Assembly (NCBI GenBank): GCA_963828345.1
Contig: CAWHEZ010000035.1
Location: 7,540 to 71,539 of the forward strand
DNA length: 64,000 bases
Source of the DNA: an uncultured delta proteobacterium
GTDB taxonomy: Bacteria > Desulfobacterota > Desulfobacteria > Desulfobacterales > SpSt-501
Direction: 5' to 3'
Under the pieces are notes generated by a model. That model saw only the letters and a program-made list of their open reading frames with translations, was not told where the DNA came from and ran no database searches. Below are positions 57,208 to 64,000 of this stretch, in pieces; position 1 is the first letter of the stretch; each line of letters starts with the position of its first letter. Made by a program: the position numbers and the translations under genes.

Positions 57208-58014
57208 TCATGATCCGATGGCCTTGAGGCGTCGGGTGGCGCGGGAGATCAGTTGCGCGATCACGGACCGCTTCGGGCCTTTGACGGCCGTGACCTGCAG
57301 GACGACCGCGGAGATGTTGTCGTCGCCCCCGCGGGCATTGGCCAGCTCGACCAGCGCGCGGCAGGCGTCCGCCGGGCGCCGCCCGGCGACGACGGACATG
57401 ATTTCCGGTGGGCTTGCCTTCGTGCTCAACCCGTCCGAGCAGAGGACGAGCACATCCCCCCGGTAGCAATTGATCTCGCAGACGTCGGCCTCGACCTGTG
57501 GGTGGGTGCCGACCGCACGCGTGAGGACGTGGCTCAGGCCGGCCATCAGGGGCTCGCCGGCGAGGTCGGCCTGCAGCGTGTGCGGCACCGACAGCAGGTC
57601 GATCGCGCCGTTGCGCACGAGGTAGATGGGGCTGTCCCCGACGTTGGCCGCTACCAGGGTGTCTTCGCCCAGGTAGACGGCCGCCACGGTGGAGCCCATT
57701 CCGCGGCAGTCGGGGTGGTCGCCGGCCTCCCGATGCACCACCCGGTTCGACCACTCGATCCCGGACAGCAGGCGGCGGGCCGCACGGGAGAGGGCGGCCG
57801 CACGCGCGCCGGCCTGCGAGTCGGGGTGTCCGTCGCGCAGGAACTCGCGCAGCGAGGTGACCACCAGCCGGCTGGCCACTTCGCCGGCCTGATGCCCGCC
57901 CATGCCGTCCGCCACGACGTACAGACCCTGAGAGTCGTCGACGAAGACGCAATCCTCGTTCGTGGTACGCTTGCGCCCGATGTCCGTCAGGCCGGCTGAT
58001 TCCACCGTGATCAT
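57208..58014 (-). CDS. PP2C-family Ser/Thr protein phosphatase
   Basis: ORF track entry. GLTDIGRKRTTNEDCVFV...YVVADGMGGHQAGEVAS...GGDDNISAVV. Confidence 0.88.
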   Translation of the reverse strand: MITVESAGLTDIGRKRTTNEDCVFVDDSQGLYVVADGMGGHQAGEVASRLVVTSLREFLRDGHPDSQAGARAAALSRAARRLLSGIEWSNRVVHREAGDHPDCRGMGSTVAAVYLGEDTLVAANVGDSPIYLVRNGAIDLLSVPHTLQADLAGEPLMAGLSHVLTRAVGTHPQVEADVCEINCYRGDVLVLCSDGLSTKASPPEIMSVVAGRRPADACRALVELANARGGDDNISAVVLQVTAVKGPKRSVIAQLISRATRRLKAIGS

Positions 58015-58169
58015 GGTGCGTCCATCTTATGCGGAAGCTCCCATTTGGTCAAGGCTACCAGAACCAACCATCTGTAATAATAATAAAATGCTGGGCTGTT
58101 TTGACAGCCGCCGTCTTCGCGTGCATAATGGTCCATCCACACGTCCTAAAATGGGGGGATGCCGGCCCG

Positions 58170-59381
58170 ATGCGCCATGTCGCCCGTATGCGAAACACCA
58201 TCCAGCCTTACGCCTGGGGGTCCACCACGTCCTTCGGCGAGCTGCTGGGCATCCCCAATCCGGACCGGAAGCCCCAGGCCGAAATCTGGATGGGGGCGCA
58301 CCCCAAGGCCCCCTCGAGCGTCGAGACCGACGGCGGATGGGAGCCCCTGGACCGCCTGATCGAGCGGCATCCCGAAGACATCCTGGGTCGGCGCAGCGCG
58401 GCGGCCTTCGGCCCGGGTCTCCCGTTCCTGTTCAAAGTGCTGGCCGCGGCCGAGCCGCTTTCCATCCAGGCCCACCCGGATGCCGCGCAGGCGGCCGAGG
58501 GCTTTGCGCGCGAAAACCGTCTCGGGTTGCCGCCGGACGCGCCGGAGCGCAACTACCGAGACCCCCACCCCAAACCCGAGTGCCTGTGCGCGCTGACCCC
58601 GTTCTGGGCCATGTGCGGCTTTCGCAGGCCCGCGGAGAGCCTCGAGCTGTTGCGGCGGATCTGCCCGGCGGCGCTGCAGCCCGAAATCGCCGCCTTCGAC
58701 GCAACCCCGGACACGGGCGGGCTGCGTCGACTGTTCGCCGGGCTCCTATGCCTGGACGCGCGGCGGAGGCGTGAGGTCGTGGCCGAAAGCATTGCGCAGG
58801 CGGACGCCGCGGGCGACGAGCGCCTGGAATGGGTCGGCCGGATCGGCCGCCACTACCCGGACGACATCGGGGTCCTGGCCCCGGCGCTGATGAATGTCGT
58901 GCGGCTGGAGCCTGGGCAGGCGCTGTTCCTGCCGGCAGGCGTGCCGCACTCGTACCTGCTGGGCACGGGGGTCGAGCTCATGGCCAACTCGGACAACGTG
59001 GTGCGCGGCGGGCTCACCTCCAAGCACGTCGACGTGCCCGAACTGCTGCGGGTGCTGAACTTCGAGCCCATGGCCCCCGAACCGGTGTCCACTCGGTGGG
59101 CGAATCCGTGCGAAATGCGCTACCTGACTCCGGCAGCCGAGTTCACCCTTTCCGTGCTGCGCCTGAACCCCGGCGAGGTGTTCCACAGCGCCGATCGGCG
59201 CGGGGTCGAGGTTCTGCTGTGCGTGGCCGGGAGCGCGCAGCTGGCGGAAGCGGGCGCCGCAGGGCGCAGCCTGGGCATGGCGCGCGGCGCATCGGTCCTG
59301 GTGCCGGCGAGCGCACCGGCGTACCGCCTCTCCGGGCCGGCCGTGCTCTACAAGGCCGGGGTGCCGGGAGACGACCGGTGA
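58170..59381 (+). CDS. manA: Mannose-6-phosphate isomerase, class I
   Basis: In ORF 58029..59381. IQPYAWGS...EIWMGAHP...LSIQAHPD motifs. The start is ATG 58170 or 58188. Confidence 0.85.
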   Translation: MRHVARMRNTIQPYAWGSTTSFGELLGIPNPDRKPQAEIWMGAHPKAPSSVETDGGWEPLDRLIERHPEDILGRRSAAAFGPGLPFLFKVLAAAEPLSIQAHPDAAQAAEGFARENRLGLPPDAPERNYRDPHPKPECLCALTPFWAMCGFRRPAESLELLRRICPAALQPEIAAFDATPDTGGLRRLFAGLLCLDARRRREVVAESIAQADAAGDERLEWVGRIGRHYPDDIGVLAPALMNVVRLEPGQALFLPAGVPHSYLLGTGVELMANSDNVVRGGLTSKHVDVPELLRVLNFEPMAPEPVSTRWANPCEMRYLTPAAEFTLSVLRLNPGEVFHSADRRGVEVLLCVAGSAQLAEAGAAGRSLGMARGASVLVPASAPAYRLSGPAVLYKAGVPGDDR

Positions 59382-59962
59382 ACCTCTTCCTGACCGGCTA
59401 CCGTGGCTGCGGCAAGACGGAGGTGGGGCGCCGCCTGGCCGCGATGCTGCAGCGCGAATGGGTGGACATGGACGCCGTCCTGGCCGGACGACTTGGGAGC
59501 AGCATCGCCGACCATGTGGCCGGGTCGGGCTGGGCCTCCTTTCGCCAGGCCGAGCGGCGCCTGCTGCGGGAGCTCTGCGGCCGGGACGGGCTGGTCGTCT
59601 CGACCGGGGGCGGGGTGGCGGCCGACCGCCAAAACGCGACGGAGATGCGCCGCAGCGGGCTGGTCGTCTGGCTGCGCGCCGATCCCAGGACCATCGCAGC
59701 GCGGATCGCAGCGGATGCGGGCGCATCCGGCCAGCGTCCGGCGCTGCGATCCGGGGCGGATCCGCTCGACGAGATTCGAACGGTTTTGGAGACCCGCACG
59801 CCCGCCTACGCGGAGGCGGCCGACCTGAGCATCGACACCGACCCGCTGTCGGTCGATGAGATCTGCGGCCGGATCGCCGCATGGCTGGCCACCGGCATCG
59901 GCGGCCCCGCCTCCAGCCGCCGCCCATTGTCCTCCCTTGACAAAACCAAACGATTTAAGTAG
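59378..59962 (+). CDS. aroK: Shikimate kinase
   Basis: GTG overlaps the manA stop (GTGA). LFLTGYRGCGKTEVGRRLA P-loop, and VVSTGGG. Confidence 0.85.
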   Translation: MNLFLTGYRGCGKTEVGRRLAAMLQREWVDMDAVLAGRLGSSIADHVAGSGWASFRQAERRLLRELCGRDGLVVSTGGGVAADRQNATEMRRSGLVVWLRADPRTIAARIAADAGASGQRPALRSGADPLDEIRTVLETRTPAYAEAADLSIDTDPLSVDEICGRIAAWLATGIGGPASSRRPLSSLDKTKRFK

Positions 59963-59965
59963 CTT
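59937..59965 (+). promoter_or_regulatory. Sigma70-type promoter candidate for ihfA
   Basis: TTGACA, 17-nt spacer, TAGCTT, at the 3' end of aroK and about 55 nt upstream of the ihfA ATG. Confidence 0.3.
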
Positions 59966-60019
59966 TCCGCGCTCAATTACCCCTAACTCTATCGGTCCGG
60001 CCACAGGAGTTGCGCTCGT

Positions 60020-60316
60020 ATGACGCTGACCAAGGCGAAAATCGCGGACACCATCCACCAGGAACTCGGGTTCGCCAAGAACCAATCGGCCGAGCTTCTG
60101 GAGCTTCTGCTGGAGTTGATGAAGAACAAGCTGGAAAACGGCGAAGACGTTCTGATCAGCGGCTTTGGAAAGTTCTGCGTCAAACGCAAGAAAGAACGCC
60201 GTGGGCGCAACCCGGCAACCGGCGCCGACATGCTTCTCACCCAGCGCCGGGTGATCACCTTCCGCTGCTCTCACCTGCTGAGGAAGCAAATCAACGGCGA
60301 ATCCGTGGCCGAATGA
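60020..60316 (+). CDS. ihfA: Integration host factor subunit alpha (HU/IHF family)
   Basis: ORF track entry. MTLTKAKIADTIHQELG...ISGFGKFCVKRKKERRGRNPATG. Confidence 0.9.
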   Translation: MTLTKAKIADTIHQELGFAKNQSAELLELLLELMKNKLENGEDVLISGFGKFCVKRKKERRGRNPATGADMLLTQRRVITFRCSHLLRKQINGESVAE

Positions 60317-60737
60317 CCCATCTGCTGGTCCGCTGGCTGACGCTGACGGTCGCCATTCTCGTCAGCGCCTATCTCATCGAAGGGATCCGCGTTGCGGGTT
60401 TCTTTTCGGCGCTGTGCGCCGCGGCCCTGCTCGGGATCTTCAACGCCGTCCTGCGGCCGGTTTTCCTCATCCTGACGCTGCCCGTCAACATCCTGAGCCT
60501 CGGCCTGTTCACGTTCGTCATCAACGCCGTCCTGCTCAAGATGGTGTCCGGCCTCATCCGGGGGTTCGACGTTTACGGGCTCTGGCCGGCCGTGGTCGGT
60601 TCGCTCGTGATCAGCCTGGTGAGCGGGCTGCTGAGCATGGCGCTGCGCGAACGGCGACGCGTCCGCCGTCGCCGAAACGCCCCGACGAGAGCGGCGTTGT
60701 CGACCTGCAGGACAAGGGCAACAATCGCTGGGAATGA
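60313..60737 (+). CDS. DUF360 / phage-holin-family-4-like membrane protein; C-terminus probably shifted near 60680
   Basis: ATG overlaps the ihfA stop (ATGA). MTHLLVRWLTLTVAILVSAYLIEGIRV...LRPVFLILTLPVNILSLGLFTFVINA. The current frame stays open to 61062 as Arg/Pro-rich filler. The -1 frame ends ...DESGVVDLQDKGNNRWE at 60737. Confidence 0.6.
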
Positions 60738-60865
60738 TGGCGCCGTAAAACGCCCAACCTCTGCGTTGCGCTGCGTCGCGCGGGCGCTGCGGCGTACGCG
60801 GAGTACGCCTCGCGCCGCGCGACTTGCGCGCCTTGATCTTGGCCGTTTTACGGCGCCATCATCCC
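60730..60865. repeat. 136-nt nested palindrome
   Basis: Outer arms GGGAATGATGGCGCCGTAAAACG (60730-60752) and CGTTTTACGGCGCCATCATCCC (60844-60865). Inner pairs GTCGCGCGG/CCGCGCGAC and GGCGTAC/GTACGCC. Confidence 0.75.
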
Positions 60866-60964
60866 GCACCGGCTCGGCCTGCGATGTCGATCCACTGCGT
60901 CTGAGACGGGTTCCCGCGATTCAACGTCCCCGTGTTCTCTTGAATGCTTTCGTTCGGAATTTCG

Positions 60965-61010
60965 CACCAAACACCAAACACGCAACACCAAACACTCTAC
61001 CGCCAACACG
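60965..61010. repeat. AAACACC-type repeat tract (single arm)
   Basis: caccaaacaccaaacacgcaacaccaaacactctaccgccaacacg, upstream of recC. Confidence 0.7.
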
Positions 61011-61100
61011 ACCACGTCTTCCCCTCCGAAGTTGCCAGCCGGGGGGTGATCGGCTAAGCTGAACCATCAGCAGTTCACCCTGGAGAGAGCTGTTCCGACC

Positions 61101-64000
61101 ATGCCCGGATTCCACGTCTTCACGTCCAACCGCACCGAGACGCTCGCAGCCCGCCTGGCCGAGGCCCTGCGCGAGCCGCTCGCGCACCCGCTGGCCCCCG
61201 AGGTCATCGTGGTCCAGAGCCGGGGCATGGAACGCTGGGTCGCCATGGAGCTGGCGCGCCTCAACGGCATCTGCGCCAACACGCGCTTCCCGTTCCCGAA
61301 TGCGTTCCTGAACGACATTTTCCGGGGGCTTCACCCGGAAGAAGAGGGAGCTGTCGGATTCGAACCCGATGCTCTCACGTTCCGGGTCATGCGCATCTTG
61401 GCCGAAGAACTGGGCCACCCGGACTTCAGGCCGCTGCGAGACTATCTCGCGGATGACCCCGGGCAGCTCAAACGCTACCAGCTCTCCCGCCGCCTGGCCG
61501 GGCTGTATGACCAGTATGCGGTGTTCCGGCCGGACCTGCTCCTGGAATGGGATCGCGGGCGGGTGGACGGCGACCCCGACCATTGCTGGCAGGCCCGCCT
61601 GTGGCGGCGGCTGAACGAGGCCCCGGGGCGCCACCGCGCCCGTTTCTGGAAGGATTGCCTGGACGAGCTGTCCCGCCGGACCGAGCGGCCGCCCGTGTTC
61701 CCGGAACGGGTCGCACTGTTCGGGGTATCGTACCTCCCGCCGAGCTACCTGCAGGCGTTCGAGCGCCTGTCCCACCTGGTGCGGGTCAATCTGTTTTTTC
61801 TCAACCCCTGCCGCGAGTACTGGGGCGGAATTCTCTCCGAACGTGCGATCGGCCGCCTGGCCGAGCGCCATCCCGGCACCGACCGGGCGTCTCTGCATCT
61901 GGAACGCGGCAATCGCCTGCTGTCCTCTTTCGGAGCGATGGGCCGCGAATTCATCGAGTTGCTCGCCGGCACCGAGGCCGCCGCATGGCGTGAGGATTTC
62001 TCCGCACCCGAGGACGGCTCGCTCCTGGCGCTCGTTCAAGCGGACATCCTCGAGCTGCGGGACCGCGAAGCCGATCCGCCCGTCCAGGCCGACGCCCCCG
62101 GCGACGGGTCGATCGCCGTCCACAGCTGCCACGGCCCCATGCGGGAGATCGAGGTTCTGCACGACCAGATCCTGAGCATGTTCGAGGAGGACCCGGGCCT
62201 GCGCCCGGCCGACATCGTCGTCATGGCGCCCGACATCGCCGCCTACGCCCCATACATCTCCGCGGTCTTCGGCGCGCCGGTCGACCCGGGGCAACGCATC
62301 CCGTTCTGCATCGCGGACCGGGGGCTCGACGGGCAGCAGGCGCTCGAAAGCGTCTGGCCCGCCATCCTGGAGCTGAAGGGCAATCGGATCCGCGCCGCGC
62401 AGGTCCTGCGCCTTCTCGAATTCGAGCCCGTTCGACGGCGGTTCGAAATTCAGGAGCCGGATCTCCCGTTGATCCAAGGCTGGGTGCAGCAGTCCGGCAT
62501 CCGGTGGGGCAGGGACGAAGGCGGCCGCGGCGCTCTCGGACTTCCGGCCGAGCGGCAGAACACCTGGGCGCACGGCCTGGATCGTCTGCTGCTGGGCTAC
62601 GCCATGCCCGCGCAGGAGGCAGCCCTCTTCGAGGGCATCCTCCCCTTCGATGCCGCCGAGGGGTCAAACTCCCAGGCGCTCTCGGGCTTTCTGGACTTCA
62701 TGGACCACGTGTTCCGGACCGCCGCGGAGCTGGACGAAATGCGCAGCCTGAGCGAATGGGGGCTGACCTTCCGCCGCCTCGCGGATGACTTTCTGCGGGC
62801 GGACGAATCCCTGGAAGCCGACGTGCTGCGGTTCACTGCGGCGATGGCGCGCCTGGAGGAAATGCAGACCGCTTCGGGCTTCGATCGGCCCGTGCCGTTG
62901 GAGGTGGCGCGCGAGTTCCTGAACGAGCATCTCGATGCCGCCCGCGCCGGGCGGGGGTTTCTCGCCGGCGGCATCACGTTCTGCGCCCTGCTGCCCATGC
63001 GGACCATCCCGTTCGCGGTGGTCTGCCTGATCGGGATGGACTACGACGCCTTCCCGCGCGACACGCCGCCCCTGGCATTCGACCTGGTCGCGCGCGCTCC
63101 CCGCACCGGGGACCGGTCGCGGCGCAACGACGACCGGTATCTTTTTTTGGAGGCGCTGGTCGCAGCCCGGCGGCGATTCTACGTCAGTTACGTGGGCCAG
63201 GACATCCAGGACAACGCCCGGCGGCCGCCGTCGGCCCTGGTGAGCGAGCTGCTGGACGCCGTCGAGAAGGGGTACGGCGTCGGTCGCGGCCGGCTCGTCG
63301 TCGAACACAAGCTCCAGGGGTTCGCGCCCGACTACTTCACGCACGGCTCGGGACATTTCAGCTACGCCCGCGAGGAGCTGAAGGGCTGCGTGGCCGCAGC
63401 CGGTCCGCGCACCGATCGACCCTTTTTCACCGGGCCGCTGCCGGAGCGCCCGGATGACGAGGACCCCGGACGTCCCATCCCTATCGGGCGGTTGCTGGCA
63501 TTCCTGTCGAACCCGGCGAGTTCCTGGCCCGCACCCGGTTGGGGATTCCGCTGCCGGAGGAGGATGCGCCTGCGGAGGAAAGCGAACCGTTCACGCTCGA
63601 CGGCCTGAACCGGTATCACATCGGAGCGCTGTTGCTGGACGGCTGTCTCGCGGGGCGGGATCCGGACGAGCTGTACCCGGCCGTGCGCGCGGCCGGCCGG
63701 CTTCCCCATGGTCCGGCCGGAGACGTCCTCTTCCGGCGACTGGGTGCGCAGGTGCGGCAGCTCGCGTCGACGGCCGGGAGGGCGCTGTGCGGCGCGGCAC
63801 CGGAAGCGCTCGAGGTCGCCTGCGAGATCGACGGGCGTCAGCTGACCGGGCGGCTGCCGCGGGTGACCCCCTCGGGGTGCCTGCAGGTGCGCTGTGCGAA
63901 GCTGAGCGCCAGGGATTTCCTGCAGGCCTGGGTCGGGCACCTCGTGCTCCAGGTCGCCCGCCCGAGCGTGCGCGAGCCGGAGAGCTTTCTGATCGGCCTG
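61101..64000 (+). pseudogene. recC: Exodeoxyribonuclease V gamma subunit RecC (3' end beyond the window), reading frame broken near 63512-63520
   Basis: ORF 61101..63608: MPGFHVFTSNRTETLAARLAEAL...VVQSRGMERWV. After ...RLLAFLSNPA the family continues in another frame as EFLARTRLGIPLPEEDAPAEESEPFTLDGLNRYHIGALLLDG..., which stays open to the window end. Confidence 0.8.

Overview
The window is visibly GC-rich (about two-thirds G+C by eye, not computed), so long shadow ORFs appear in every frame. I called genes from recognisable protein families, Shine-Dalgarno motifs and overlapping start/stop codons. The content is mostly a housekeeping chromosomal segment. Gene content looks Desulfobacterota/deltaproteobacterial (inference): cimA next to leuA, split MacAB-type efflux, SpmA/SpmB, selenocysteine use.

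Main blocks, in order:
- DUF481 outer-membrane protein, two flavin oxidoreductases and a YhaM-type cysteine desulfidase.
- A small lower-GC islet of short ORFs.
- mtaB-mnmA.
- A plus-strand operon: lipoprotein, RHH protein, tandem-PilZ protein and a DsbA-like gene.
- An isolated B12/radical-SAM RiPP-type maturase, then pyrD.
- A minus-strand branched-chain amino-acid operon: leader, ilvB, ilvN, ilvC, cimA, leuA.
- topA, dprA, yajC-secD-secF, rng, leuS-lptE, rpsT, murJ-ftsB, lptA, spmAB.
- A MacA / ABC ATPase / permease efflux operon.
- Alkaline phosphatase, a deoxyhypusine-synthase-like gene, lhgO and two hypothetical proteins.
- larB, guaA, a trpF-like gene, efp, FHA plus PP2C, manA-aroK, ihfA, a DUF360 membrane protein, and the 5' three-quarters of recC.

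Most notable observations:
1. The DsbA/FrnE-like gene has an in-frame TGA exactly where the first Cys of the CPWC motif should be, with a downstream hairpin. It is a candidate selenoprotein.
2. A 31-codon Ile/Leu/Val-rich leader ORF, an antiterminator pairing and a strong terminator lie upstream of ilvB. This fits a classical attenuator.
3. Two families of intergenic arrays of 7-8 nt repeats (GGGTTCA type and AAACACC type) are often arranged as long hairpins. The GGGTTCA type carries G-quadruplex motifs on both strands.
4. Two nested palindromes of about 140 nt sit at gene ends.
5. Nine positions in seven conserved genes show the recognisable protein continuing in another frame, including two compensating pairs. 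This suggests assembly indels or real pseudogenisation.

I did not recognise any rRNA, tRNA, CRISPR array, transposase or prophage gene.
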